Shown: positions 36,714 to 49,838 of the stretch, piece by piece
Layout: each line of letters begins with the position of its first letter
Position numbering within the stretch: position 1 is the first letter of the stretch
Assembly: GCA_964016885.1 (NCBI GenBank)
Contig: OZ024763.1
Span: 12,214,001-12,278,000 of the forward strand
Reading direction: 5' to 3'
DNA from: Eledone cirrhosa
Taxonomy: Eukaryota
DNA length: 64,000 nt
Position numbers and translations under genes: made by a program
The notes under the pieces: model-generated
Databases searched by the model: none
What the model was told of the DNA's origin: nothing
What the model saw: only the letters and a program-made list of their open reading frames with translations

Positions 36714-38612
36714 CTATGTATATATGTGTGTGTGTGTGTGTGTGTATGTGTCTCTGTATACATGTTTGTGTGTGTGTGTGTGTGTATGTGTCTCTGAATA
36801 CATGTGTGTGTGTGTCTGTATACATGTGTGTGTGTGTGTGTGTGTGTGTCTCTGTATACATGTGTGTGTGTGTGTGTATGTATACATGTGTGTGTGTGTG
36901 TGTATGTGTCTGTATACATGTTTGTGTGTGTATGTGTCTCTGTATACATGTGCGTGTGTGTGTGTGTGTATGTGTCTCTGAATACATGTGTGTGTGTGTG
37001 TCTGTATACATGTGTGTGTGTGTGTCTGTATACATGTGTGTGTGTATGTGTCTCTGTATACATGTGTGTGTGTGTATGTGTCTTTGTATACGTGTGTGTG
37101 TGTGTATGTGTCTCTGTATACATGTGTGTGTGTGTGTGTGTATGTGTCTCTTTATACATGTGTGTGTGTGTGTGTGTATGTGTCTCTGTATACATGTGTG
37201 TATGTGTGTGTGTGTGTCTCTGTATACATGTGTGTATGTGTGTGTGTGTCTCTGTATACATGTGTGTATGTGTGTATGTATGTGTCTCTGTATACATATG
37301 TGTGTATGTGTCTCTGTATACATATGTGTGTATGTGTGTGTATGTGTGTATGTGTCTCTGTTTACATATGTGTGTATGTGTGTGTGTGTCTCTGTATACA
37401 TATGTGTGTATGTGTGTATGTGTCTCTGTATACATATGTGTGTATGTGTGTGTATGTGTGTATGTGTGTATGTGTCTCTGTATACATATGTGTGTATGTG
37501 TGTGTATGTGTGTCTCTGTATACATATGTGTGTATGTGTGTGTGTGTCTCTGTATACATATGTGTGTGTATGTGTGTATGTGTCTCTGTATACATATGTG
37601 TGTATGTGTGTGTATGTGTGTATGTGTCTCTGTATACATATGTGTGTATGTGTCTCTATACATATGTGTGTAGTCTATAATACCTTCCAGCTTGGCTTAA
37701 ATTGGCAGTGTGGTGCTGTCAGCTGTGATGGTGGTGGTGGTGATGTTGGTTGTGGTGGTGGAGGAGACTGTGTTGTAATAATGGTGGTGGTTGTAGTGGT
37801 GTAGGAAGCTATGTTGTGGTGGTGGAGGAGGCCAGGTTGTGGTGGTGGTGGTGGTGGTGGTGTAAGCCGCCATATTGTGGTGGTGGTGGTGGTGGTGGTG
37901 GTGATGTAGGCCGCCATGTTGTGGTGGTGGTGGTGTAGGCCGCCATATTGTGGTGGTGGTGGTGTAGGCGGCCATATTGTGGTGGTGGTGGTGTAAGCCA
38001 CCATGTTGTGGTGGTGTAAGCCACCATGTTGTGGTGGTGGTGGTGTAGGCCGCCATATTGTGGTGGTGGTGGTGTAGGCGGCCATATTGTGGTGGTGGTG
38101 GTGGTGGTGTAGGCGGCCATGTGGTGGTGTAGGCAGCCGTGTTGTGGTGGTAACGACTGCTAAGCTATGTTGCCTCAGTTAAAGTGGCTGACATTCTCTG
38201 TTGTTTTAAACATCTCAGTGATTGCTTTGTGTGAATTGCTGCAATTTACAACTTAATTTGCTTGACAAGCAGCAGCAGCAGCATCATCATCATCATCACA
38301 ATCACCACCACCACCAACACCACCATCACCACCACCACCATCATCACCACCACCATCACCATCATCACCACCATCACCACCATCATCATCATCACCATCA
38401 CCCACCACCACCATCACCATCATCACCACCACCACCACCATCATCACCATCACCATCACCCATCACCACCATCATCTTCACCATTATCATTATCATCATC
38501 ATAATCATCATCATCATCATCACCATCATTATTGCCAATATCATCATCATTAGTATAACCATATATATGTGTATATATATATATATACTGACATGCATAT
38601 ATAAACTAATAT

Positions 38613-38656
<44 letters not shown>

Positions 38657-38663
38657 CTAATAT

Positions 38664-38711
<48 letters not shown>

Positions 38712-38770
38712 ATATTAGTTTATATATGCATGTCAGTATATATACATATGTATGTATATATATATATATA

Positions 38771-38832
<62 letters not shown>

Positions 38833-38982
38833 TATATATGCATGTCATTATATATATACACACACATGTATGCATGCACACACATGCATATATGTGTGTA
38901 TATACACAATATTAGTTTATCTACAAGCGATTACTATCAAGTGTTCTATCATTGATATATATCTGTAAATATATAATGTAAA

Positions 38983-39051
<69 letters not shown>

Positions 39052-39064
39052 ATATATATGTATG

Positions 39065-39095
<31 letters not shown>

Positions 39096-39385
39096 GTATG
39101 TATATATGTATGTATGTATGTGTATATATGTATGTATATGTATGTAGATATATATGTATATATATATATATATACATATATATGTGTATGTATGTATATA
39201 TGTATGTATGTATATATATATATATATGTATATGTATGTATATATGTATGTTTGTATATATACATACATATATATGTATATATATGTATGTATATATATA
39301 TGTATGTATATATATATGTATATGTATGTGTATATATATATATACATATATAGATATATAGATATATAGATAGATATATATAGTT
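36475..39385. repeat. Compound (TG)n-, (GGT)n-, (CAT)n- and (TA)n-derived repeats
   Basis: Direct reading. Confidence 0.9.
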
Positions 39386-39642
39386 TTATCTTTTGTTGTT
39401 TTATACTGACTCAAAGATGGGATTAACTGGGTTACTTACTTATATGACTGATTGAGGTGTGGGGGGTAGAGGGGGAGATAGAGAGATGGAGGGATCGAGG
39501 GTGAGAGAGGTGTGGGGGGAGGGGTAGAGAGGGAGGGTGAAAGAAGTGTGGAGAGAGGGATAGAGGTATGGAAAGAGAGAGTGTTGTTAATGGCACCAAC
39601 AGGCAAACTGTATTAATAATAACAACAATAATAATAATAATA

Positions 39643-39899
39643 ATGGTTTCTGATTTAGGCACAAGGCCAGCAATTTTTGGGGAGGGGGAAGTCAATTAAA
39701 TCGACCCCAGTGCATTACTGGTACGGTATTTTTTTTACGCCGTAAGGTGTCCCTATCATCTCATTTCTACAGCTGAGTAAACTGGAGCAATGTGAAATAA
39801 AGTGTCTTGCTCAAGGAAACAACACATCACCCGGTCTGAGAATTGAACTCACAACCTTTCGATTGCAAGCCCAATGCTCTAACCACTGAGCCATGTGCC
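39643..39899 (-). mobile_element. Abutting SINE A head (39750-39899) and SINE B tail (39643-39748)
   Basis: Each part matches its family consensus. Confidence 0.75.
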
Positions 39900-39917
39900 G
39901 TATAGATAGATATAGAC

Positions 39918-40560
39918 CTAGGCGCTGTCTGTAGAAGACTTGCGTAGATTAGAAAGAAACGAAGCCTGCATGCTCCGATGGATGTGTAATAGTAACATAT
40001 GTGAACGGTAAAGCATAAACGAATTGAGAGAGAGACTGAGCATAAGAGGAATCAAATGCTGTGTGCAGAAGAGGAGGTTGCGTTGGTATGGACATGTGAT
40101 GCGTATGAAGGATGACAGCTGCATAAAAAGGTGCAGAGCACTAGAAGTCGATGGAAGCCGTGGAGTGGGGAGACTCAAGAAGACCTGAGATGAGGTGATA
40201 AAAGCCGACCTTACCCAATTACACCTATCAAATGTGATGACACATGACCGTGACTTCTGGCATCACGCAGTAATACAGAACACCCAACATCCCACGGGTA
40301 CAAGCTGAAGCTGAAGCATTTAGACAATATGCCCCCTCCCACTGTAAAGTGGTCGTGTAGGCGCCATGGAGAAAAGGCACCCAGCACTCACTGTAAATGA
40401 GGTTGGTGTTAGGAAGGGCATCCAGCTGTAGAAATCAAGCCAGAATCAGTTCCCGTATGAGCAAGACAAGGTCAGCCGACTGGACACTGCCCACAACAGG
40501 ACGACCCGTTTAACCCATGCTAGCGTGGTAGAACGGACGTAAAACAGTGATGATGATGAT
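39918..40560 (+). mobile_element. RTE LINE 3' fragment with SINE-A-like 3' region
   Basis: Reads LERNEACMLRWMC...RRLRWYGHVMRMKDDSCIKRC, then the shared body and tail. Confidence 0.8.
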
Positions 40561-40789
40561 AAAGCTAGTGCTGGTGGTGGTGGTGGTGGTGACGTTCCTG
40601 TTATTGTTAGTGGGAGTAGTTTGGGCTTACTATCATTGTAATTCATTTCCCGACCCCACCCGAGAATTACCTCAGCAGCTTAACATTTCAATTGAAATTT
40701 GAGAGCTACTTTTGCTAGTTATTGCTGTTCAACATCTGGTAAGCAGGGATTTATTGAAATGGCTTTCACCAGACATATTGAAACTCTGT

Positions 40790-41690
40790 TAGCAGATCTA
40801 TTGAACATCTGTGAGTAGATCTATTCAACATTTGTGAGTAGATCTGTTGGACATTTGTGAGTAGATCTGTTGGACATTTGTGAGTAGATCTGTTGGACAT
40901 TTGTGAGTAGATCTGTTGGACATTTGTGAGTAGATCTGTTGGACATTTGTGAGTAGATCTGTTGGACATTTGTGAGTAGATCTGTTGGACATTTGTGAGT
41001 AGATCTGTTGGACATCTGTGAGTAGATCTGTTGGACATCTGTGAGTAGATCTGTTGGACATTTGTGAGTAGATCTGTTGGACATTTGTGAGTAGATCTGT
41101 TGGACATTTGTGAGTAGATCTGTTGGACATTTGTGAGTAGATCTGTTGGACATTTGTGAGTAGATCTGTTGGACATCTGTGAGTAGATCTGTTGGACATC
41201 TGTGAGTAGATCTGTTGGACATCTGTGAGTAGATCTGTTGGACATTTGTGAGTAGATCTGTTGGACATTTGTGAGTAGATCTGTTGGACATCAGTGAGTA
41301 GATCTGTTGGACATCAGTGAGTAGATCTGTTGGACATTTGTGAGTAGATCTGTTGGACATCAGTGAGTAGATCTGTTGGACATCTGTGAGTAGATCTGTT
41401 GGACATCTGTGAGTAGATCTGTTGGACATCTGTGAGTAGATCTGTTGGACATCTGTGAGTAGATCTGTTGGACATCTGTGAGTAGATCTGTTGGACATCT
41501 GTGAGTAGATCTGTTGGACATCTATGAGTAGATCTGTTGGACATTTGTGAGTAGATCTGTTGGACATCTGTGAGTAGATCTGTTGGACATTTGTGAGTAG
41601 ATCTACTGGACATCTGTGAGTAGATCTGTTGGACATTTGTGAGTAGATCTACTGGATAGCTGTGAGTAGATCTGTTGGACATCTGTGAGC
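40790..41690. repeat. 23-bp minisatellite, about 39 copies
   Basis: Unit GTGAGTAGATCTGTTGGACAT(C/T)T. Confidence 0.95.
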
Positions 41691-42830
41691 ACTACACCAC
41701 ACCATACCACACCACACTACACCACATTACAGCACACCACACCACACCACACCACTACATACCACACTACACTACACTACACAACACAACATTACACCAC
41801 ACCACTACACCACACCACCACACCACACCATACCACACCACACCACTACACCACACCACCACCCCACACCACACCCCACCCCACCCCACTATTCCATCTT
41901 GGCAACAATTCTACCCAGATGATGTGTTGTAGATTCCTCCCCCACAAAATATGTTGATGTTAAATAACTGCTTCCTCCTAACCCTGCCACCCTTTCACTC
42001 CTCCCACTACCTCACCCCACCCACACACCCCTTCCACCCTCTCCTCCCACCCACTCACCTCTACTTCCCTTTCACCCTCCCCCACTCTCACCTCCCTTCC
42101 CACACCCTCGTCTCCCCCTCCTACCCCCCCACTATCTACCCCCCAATATTTAAACTAACGAACTTAAGAAATTAATGATATTACTTTCTTACTGGTGAAA
42201 TAATGATACAGTCTGACATATCCCCCCCCCCCTCCCTTCTCAACCCCGCCCAACCACCACCCACTCCTCTTCTTCTCCACCACCCTACTCTTACTCCTCC
42301 ACCTCCCCCTTCTCCTCCCCCTACCACCCCTTCTCAACCACACCCAACCACCACCCCACCCCTTCTTCTCCACCACCCCACTCCTCCTATTCCACCTAAC
42401 CCCCTTCTCCCCCCCCCCCCCCAACCACCACCCACCCCTCTTCTTCTCCACCACCCCACCCATTCCACCGCACTCCCTCTTCATCAACACTATAATTTAG
42501 ATATTTATTTCCCTTCTTCATTTATTTATACTCAGCTTAATTGTCACTAACGAAGCTATTTCAAAGAGAAGTTTCTCGTTAATTTCTCTGTCGTTTGGCA
42601 GCCAAAGATCTTTTATTTTACACCGATTCCGTTCACAGCCACCATTAACTCAAATATTCCTTCTTTTGTAATTATCTACCTACCAATCTATCTACCAATC
42701 TATCTACCAATCTATCTATCTATCTATCTATCTACCAATCTATCTATCTATCTACCAATCTATCTATCTATCTATCTACCAATCTATCTATCTATCTATC
42801 TACCAATCTATCTACCAATCTATCTACCAT

Positions 42831-43800
42831 GAGTGTGCCCAGGCGCTCACCGCCCTCTGGCAGGCGGATCCGGTTATCAGTGGAGACTCCACCGCAACAT
42901 TCTATAGAGGGCTGGTACGCAGCAGGTGCGACAACGCCCTCGGAGAAGCCCTAGACATGGAGGAGGACGAACTGGCCAGCCTGTTCGGTAGGACATTCAG
43001 CCCGGGACCTATGGACAACTTCCAGAGGTCCCTGGCCTGGCAGTGCTACCGAGGGGCTTTACCCGTTCGAGAAAGGCTCTACAGACACGGGCGCCCGGGT
43101 AGGGACCCCGCCAAAAAGATCTGTCCCAGATGCGTGTGCGACGAGGAAACCGTTGCACACGCATTGGTACACTGCTCGAGCGTAGCCGATCTGTGGGGCT
43201 ATGTCGAACAACTGCTGTCAAGGGTGGGACCGATCCGGTTGACCACCGAGTCTATTGTAATGATCAAGCCGCCTCCCCCCTTCAAAGATGAAGCAGAGGC
43301 GGTGTTTCTGTGCGTAATAGCCATGGCGAAAGAGGTTGTATGGTGGACGCGTCTGAAAGGACTGAGGTCAGGCACCTTTCTCTCTGGCCAACAACTGGTC
43401 CGTTTCTTCCGATATCATTTCGGAAGAAGGATCAGGATGGAGAGAGAGGTGCTGCACCCCAGTCGTTTTTATGAAAGGTGGGTGAAAGTGGCGAGAATGG
43501 CCCGTGTGAATGGGCCTTCTCTTTACATAAGCCTGTAGGTGGAAAAGAGGAAGGAACGAGGGAGCACCCCCTCTCTGTGCTCCTGAGGAAAAGGGTTGCA
43601 CACTTTTTTCGGGGGTGTGTGCGACCCCCCAAGGCGCCTCCTCTCTATTGAGGATTTTGTTAAAAATTTTATTTTTTGTTATATCTTATTTTGTTTTTAT
43701 ATTTTGTTATTGCCTCCTCCTTATTGAGGACGCCTTTTTGTGTAAACTCCCCCCTTTGTACTTGTCCCACTTTTGATGCCCTAGTGGCAAATAAAAGAAA
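42831..43800 (+). mobile_element. Tx1 family 1, 5'-truncated copy (about 970 bp) in (TATC)n
   Basis: Near-identical reverse complement of 13501-14469. TATC/TACCAATC arrays at 42672-42830 and 43801-43983. Confidence 0.93.
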
Positions 43801-43983
43801 CTTATCTATCTATCTATCTACCAATCTATCTATATATCTATCTACCAATCTATCTATCTATCTACCAATCTATCTACCTACCAATATATCTATCTACCAA
43901 TCTATCTACCTACCAATCTATCTATCTATCTACCTATCTACCAATCTATCTACCTACCAATCTATCTATCTATCTATCTATCT

Positions 43984-44125
43984 ATTATTTTGTTATATTT
44001 TATTTTATTTTTATACTTTTATATCTTGTTATTGCCTCCTCCATATTGAGGACGCCTTTGCATGTAAACTCCCCCCTTTGTACTTGTCCCACTTTTGATG
44101 CCCTGGTGGCAAATAAAAAGAAAGT
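43984..44125 (+). mobile_element. Tx1 family 1-like 3' UTR stub
   Basis: TTATTGCCTCCTCC..GAGGACGCC..GTGGCAAATAAAAAGAAA, then TATC. Confidence 0.8.
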
Positions 44126-44136
44126 TATCTATCTAT

Positions 44137-44500
44137 TAAGTATCACTTTAGAAGGAGAACCAGGGTGGAGAGAGGGCACTGCACCCCAGTAAATTTACTG
44201 AAAGGTGGGTGAATGTGGCAAAAATGGCCCGAGTGATTGGGCCTTCTCTGTTTATAAACCTGTAGGTTAAAGAAGGGAGCAAAAGGAAGGGAGCACTTGC
44301 ACAACACGCTCCTGAAGTTGAGGGTTGTTCTATCTACGGGGTATTAAACAACCCATTTATGGGGCCTCCCCCCTATTGGGGATTTCGATTGTTATAATTG
44401 TTTGTTTCAATATTTTTACACGACTGTATGTAAAATCCCCGGCATGTGTCTTTGTATTGTCCCCTTTTCTTGTGCGCCCTTGTGGCTAATAAAGAAATAT
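44137..44500 (+). mobile_element. Tx1 family 2, 3' fragment
   Basis: Reverse complement of about 17645-18012. Confidence 0.88.
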
Positions 44501-44545
44501 ATCTATGTATATATCCATCAAGCTACCAATATATATATATCCGTT

Positions 44546-44576
<31 letters not shown>

Positions 44577-44802
44577 GTCTGTCTATCATAAATCTAGCTA
44601 TCCATCTCTCCCCCCCCTCTCTGTGTCCCTCCCCCTCCCCTCTCTCATCAATAGACTACATAAAATACCAGCCCTTATCTCTCATCTCTTCCCCCCCCAC
44701 ACCTCTCCCTACAGCTGCAATTTTAAAAGAAATTATCTTTCTGTACACAGACACACACACACACAGACACACACCCACACACACACATACACATACACAC
44801 AC

Positions 44803-44833
<31 letters not shown>

Positions 44834-45009
44834 TACATTTAGTATCTTTAAATCAATGTTTTGTTGTCTTTTTCTTCCTGTTTCTGATATTCTTTCCCTT
44901 TTTTCTCTTTACTATTTATTTATTTATTTGTTTTGGAATCCCTCCCCGCCACTCCCTTCAAACATGTCTAAACATCTTATTTCAAATTTGATGACTTAAG
45001 ACAATGTAA

Positions 45010-45500
45010 GCTGGCGTTTAACTGTTTGTCAGTCTTGCGGATAATGGGGGCTGGTGTTTAACTGTTTGTCAGTCCTGCAGATAATGGGACTTGGTTTTTA
45101 ACTGTTAGTCAGCCTAGCAGATAATGGGGGCTGGTGCCTAACTGTTTGTCAGTCTAGCAGATAATGGGACTTGGTGCTTAACTGTTTGTCAGTCTTGCAG
45201 ATAATGGGACTTGGTGCTTAACTGTTTGTTAATTTTGCAAATAGAGGGAGCTGGTGTTTAACTATTTGTCAGTCTTGCAGATAATGGGGCTTGGTGTTTA
45301 ACTGTTAGTCAGTCTAGCAGATAATGGGGGCTGGTGCCTAACTGTTTGTCAGTCTAGCAGATAAGGCTTGGTACTTAACTGTTTGTCAGTCCTGCAGATA
45401 ATGGGAGCTAGTGCCTAACTGTTTGTCAGTCTAGCAGATAATGGGGCTTGGTGCTTAACCGTTTGTCAGTCCTGCAGATAGTGGGGGTTGGTGTTTAACT
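45010..45500. repeat. About 40-bp minisatellite, about 12 copies
   Basis: Unit GGTGTTTAACTGTTTGTCAGTCTTGCAGATAATGGGGCT. Confidence 0.9.
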
Positions 45501-45837
45501 CATAACATCCTTTACCACATGACAGCACATCAACAACAGTCTTGAAAAGTACAAAACAGTACTAAAACTGTTTCACATTAAATATTAAAGTCTTTACTCT
45601 AATACTGCAAATTTTCACAACAATCTGTCTACCAGTAAAGATACTATAAACATTTAGTACAGAACAACACTATGACTGTGTCACATTAAATATTAAAGTC
45701 TTTACTCTAATACTGCAAATTTTCACAACAATTTGTCCACTAGTAAAGATACTATAAACATTTAGTACAGAACAACACTATGACTGTGTCACATTAAATA
45801 TTAAAGTCTTTACTCTAATACTGCAAATTTTCACAAG
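45500..45837 (+). repeat. Unclassified AT-rich interspersed repeat with internal tandem duplication (about 118 bp)
   Basis: CACATTAAATATTAAAGTCTTTACTCTAATACTGCAAATTTTCACAACAATCTGTC..AGTAAAGATACTATAAACATTT. Related copies at about 3050-3400, 4065-4380 (-) and 28260-28355/28740-28820 (-). Confidence 0.65.
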
Positions 45838-46006
45838 GGATAGAAACAAGTGGACAGCATTATCTGTGGGAATCAGACCCCATCTGGTGTATGCTGGACT
45901 GTTGTCTTACCATTACATCAAAGTGTGTCTGACCACTTACCTCGCATTTTTAAGCCTTATTTTTCTACCAGATCTCTATACATGGAAAGTTGGATGTAAA
46001 GTGATC

Positions 46007-46090
<84 letters not shown>

Positions 46091-46184
46091 GAAGTAATTC
46101 CGTCGGAAAGGTACAGGAAAAAGAGTGCTCTATGTAGGCTACAGAGCTTATTAGTTATGTAATAAATAACATAAGAATAATTCT

Positions 46185-46242
46185 TTCATTTACCAGTGGT
46201 TTCTTGAAAGCAGATATATCTGTTTTCAGTCGTCAGAATGAA
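46185..46242 (-). ncRNA. Complete type I hammerhead ribozyme (left arm of palindrome)
   Basis: Exact reverse complement of 46329-46386. Confidence 0.8.
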
Positions 46243-46328
46243 TAAAACATGGTTTTTTTTTTATTAAATATGGATTTGAAATATGGTTTTTCAAATCCAT
46301 ATTTAATAAAAAAAAAAACCATGTTTTA

Positions 46329-46386
46329 TTCATTCTGACGACTGAAAACAGATATATCTGCTTTCAAGAAACCACTGGTAAATGAA
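46329..46386 (+). ncRNA. Complete type I hammerhead ribozyme (right arm of palindrome)
   Basis: TTCATT CTGACGA c-TGAAA-a-CAG-atatat-CTG-c-TTTCA-a GAAA CCA-c-TGG TA AATGAA. Stems I, II and III, an intact core and a GUA cleavage triplet. Confidence 0.8.
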
Positions 46387-46438
46387 ATAATTATCTTATG
46401 CTGTTTATTATAAATAAATATATATATATATATATTTG

Positions 46439-46812
46439 CTCAAAGGCAATGACACACGACCGTGACTTCTGGCGTCACGCAGTAATACAGAGTACCCGAC
46501 CTCCCATGGGTACAAGCTGAAGCATATAGACAATATGCCCCCACACACCCCACCGCAAGGTGGTCGTGGAGGTGCCACGGCAAAAAAGCACCCAGCCCAC
46601 ACTGTAAAGTGGACGTGTAGGCGCCACGAAAAAGCACCCAGCACTCACTGTAAATGCGGTTGGTGTTAGGAAGGGCATCCAGCTGTAGAAATCAAGCCAA
46701 ATCAGTTCCTGTATGAGCAAGGCATGGTCAGCTGACCAGACACTGCCCACAACAGGACAACCCGTCTAACCCATGCTAGCGTGGAAGAACGGACGTAAAA
46801 TGGTGATGATGA

Positions 46813-46815
<3 letters not shown>
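46439..46815 (+). mobile_element. Composite RTE/SINE-A-like element, 5'-truncated
   Basis: Near-identical to 34262-34644. Confidence 0.8.
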
Positions 46816-46867
<52 letters not shown>

Positions 46868-47899
46868 TATATGTGTGTATGATTGTGTGGGGGCATCTAT
46901 ATGCGTATATTGTGTGTGTGTCTATGGGTGTATTTACATAATGTGTGTAAAAGTATCTATATTTCTATGAGTCCTATCATATGTATATATGTGTTTACAT
47001 ATGTTTATGTGAGAGCATGTGTCTATAATGTATATATATGTTTATACAAGTGTATATGTATGTATATTTGTGCAAGTGCTATCATATGTATATATGTGTC
47101 TATAATGTATATATATGTTTACACAAGTGTATATGTATGTATATTTCTGCAAGTGCTATCATATGTGTATATGTGTCTATATATATGTTTATATAAGTAT
47201 GTATATTTCTGCAAGTGCTATCATATGCATATATGTGTCTATAATGTATATATATATATATGTTTATATAAGTGTATATGTATGTATATTTCCATGAGAG
47301 CTCTCATATGTGTATATGTGTCTATAATGTATATATATGTTTATATAAGTGTATATGTATGTATATTTCCATGAGAGCTCTCGTATGTGTATATGTGTCT
47401 ATAATGTATATATATGTTTATATAAGTGTATATATATAATTCTGCAAGTGCTATCATATGTGTACATGTGTCTATAATGTATATATATGTTTATATAAGT
47501 GTATATGTATGTATATTTTCATGAGTACTCTCATATGTGTACTTACAGATTAATATATAATGATGGTATAATTTTTACGTTTTATAATTGGGCCGCCTCG
47601 TTAAATTCATCTCAATGATATTTAATTAAGTTGAAAGCTGTTTGGCGTTGTAATCAAATTTACAGTAATTAGTAAGGACAACATTAATCCATTGTGACTG
47701 GGGTCTCCTGATAAATGAAGTCTTACTGATGATAGTAATAATAATAATAATAATAATAGTAATAATGATGGTAGAAAACTGGAAGACTGCACTCAATTTT
47801 CAGACAGTTTAACTAAAATAGGAATAACTGTTATTATCATAATTAGTACTATTTGTTATTAGTATTTTTAATTATTATTATTATTATTTTCATCATTAT

Positions 47900-49115
47900 C
47901 ATTGTCATCATTACTATCACCGTCACCATCACCACCACTATCATCTCCACCATCACTATCACCACCACCACCACCATCACCATTACTATCATCTCCACCA
48001 TCACCATCATCTCCACCACCACCACCACTATCATCTCCACCATCACCACCACTATCATCTCCACCATCACCACCACTATCATCTCCACCATCACCATCAC
48101 CATCATCTCCACCATCACCACCACTATCATCTCCACCATCACCACCACTATCATCTCCACCATCACCATTACTATCATCTCCACCATCACCATCATCTCC
48201 ACCATCACCACCACTATCATCTCCACCACCACCACCACCACTATCATCTCCACCATCACCACCACTATCATCTCCACCATCACCACCACTATCATCTCCA
48301 CCATCACCATCACCATCATCTCCACCATCACCACCACTATCATCTCCACCATCACCACCACTATCATCTCCACCATCACCACCACTATCATCTCCACCAC
48401 CACCACCACTATCATCTCCACCATCACCACCACTATCATCTCCACCATCACCACCACTATCATCTCCACCATCACCACCACTATCATCTCCACCATCACC
48501 ACCACTATCATCTCCACCATCACCACCACTATCATCTCCACCATCACCACCACTATCATCTCCACCATCACCACCACTATCATCTCCACCATCACCACCA
48601 CTATCATCTCCACCATCACCACCACTATCATCTCCACCATCACCATTACTATCATCTCCACCATCACCATCATCTCCACCATCACCACCACTATCATCTC
48701 CACCACCACCACCACCACTATCATCTCCACCATCACCACCACTATCATCTCCACCATCACCACCACTATCATCTCCACCATCACCATCACCATCATCTCC
48801 ACCATCACCACCACTATCATCTCCACCATCACCACCACTATCATCTCCACCATCACCACCACTATCATCTCCACCACCACCACCACTATCATCTCCACCA
48901 TCACCACCACTATCATCTCCACCATCACCACCACTATCATCTCCACCATCACCACCACTATCATCTCCACCATCACCACCACTATCATCTCCACCATCAC
49001 CACCACTATCATCTCCACCATCACCACCACTATCATCTCCACCATCACCACCACTATCATCTCCACCATCACCACCACTATCATCTCCACCATCACCACC
49101 ACTATCATCTCCATC
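47900..49115. repeat. 24-bp (CAC/CAT-derived) minisatellite
   Basis: Unit ACCACCACTATCATCTCCACCATC, with variant blocks repeated at larger spacing. Confidence 0.92.
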
Positions 49116-49409
49116 ATTATCATTGTCATTATCATCTCTCCACAATCATTTTGTAAGCCCTTGTGGTTAATTAAGAAATCATTATCACCATCACCACCAC
49201 CTCCACCATCATCACCACCATCATCATCATCATGTCTTATTTTTGTTGTGTCACCACTGCATTACTGAGCACAGCTCTGTGTGTCTTGGCTATGTGCAGT
49301 GTGGTATTTGGTGTTATTTCTATTGTATTGAGAGAACTCTTTGTAATATATCTGCAATACCAAGTAGTACTACTTTCTGTATATTGTGTGTATATATATA
49401 TATATATAT

Positions 49410-49577
49410 AACGAAGGAAATGTGGTAAGGAACCAGATGGACCATAACGCACCAAAGTACTCAATACTTAGGGTAGTAGAGTGGGTAATAGGAATGAGTA
49501 GGACCCGACGGCTGAGCTCAAGCCGTTTTGACGGCTAATTCTGGCGTCCAGAATTAGCCGTCGGGGTCCTACTCGTT

Positions 49578-49582
<5 letters not shown>
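49410..49582. mobile_element. Family C element with a shortened palindrome
   Basis: Reverse tail at 49410-49486, then ATAGGAATGAGTAGGACCC...GGGTCCTACTCGTTCCTAT. Confidence 0.8.
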
Positions 49583-49612
<30 letters not shown>

Positions 49613-49669
49613 ATGATATTAATAAATGGAAACTATATTTATAAAACCAACCATATTTATTCTATTATA

Positions 49670-49811
49670 CATGGCTTAGTGGTTAGAGCATTGGGCTTGC
49701 ATTCGAAAGGTTGTGAGTTCAATTCTCAGACCGGGTGATGTTGTTTCCTTGAGCAAGATACTTTATTTCACATTGCTCCAGTTTACTCAGCTGTAGAAAT
49801 GAGATGATAGG
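49670..49811 (+). mobile_element. SINE family A head/CORE, truncated
   Basis: Matches the family A 5' part. Confidence 0.8.
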
Positions 49812-49838
49812 CACTACCAATGCCACTATATATATATA

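Noticed and set aside
36347-37804. Long ORFs (438-449 aa) on both strands
   Set aside because: Translations of (TG/CA)n-derived repeats that lack stop codons. No protein-like complexity.
40670-40745. Possible exon ending at CTG|GTAAGC
   Set aside because: All three frames after the nearest AG contain stops, and the polypyrimidine tract is weak.
40766-41690. Regular 23-bp repeats as a possible CRISPR array or repeat protein
   Set aside because: No unique spacers, eukaryotic context and no cas genes. A plain minisatellite.
47849-49268. ORFs of 422-471 aa resembling extensin, mucin or Gly-Asp-rich proteins
   Set aside because: Open in several frames on both strands because of a 24-bp stop-free repeat. 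No convincing splice signals.
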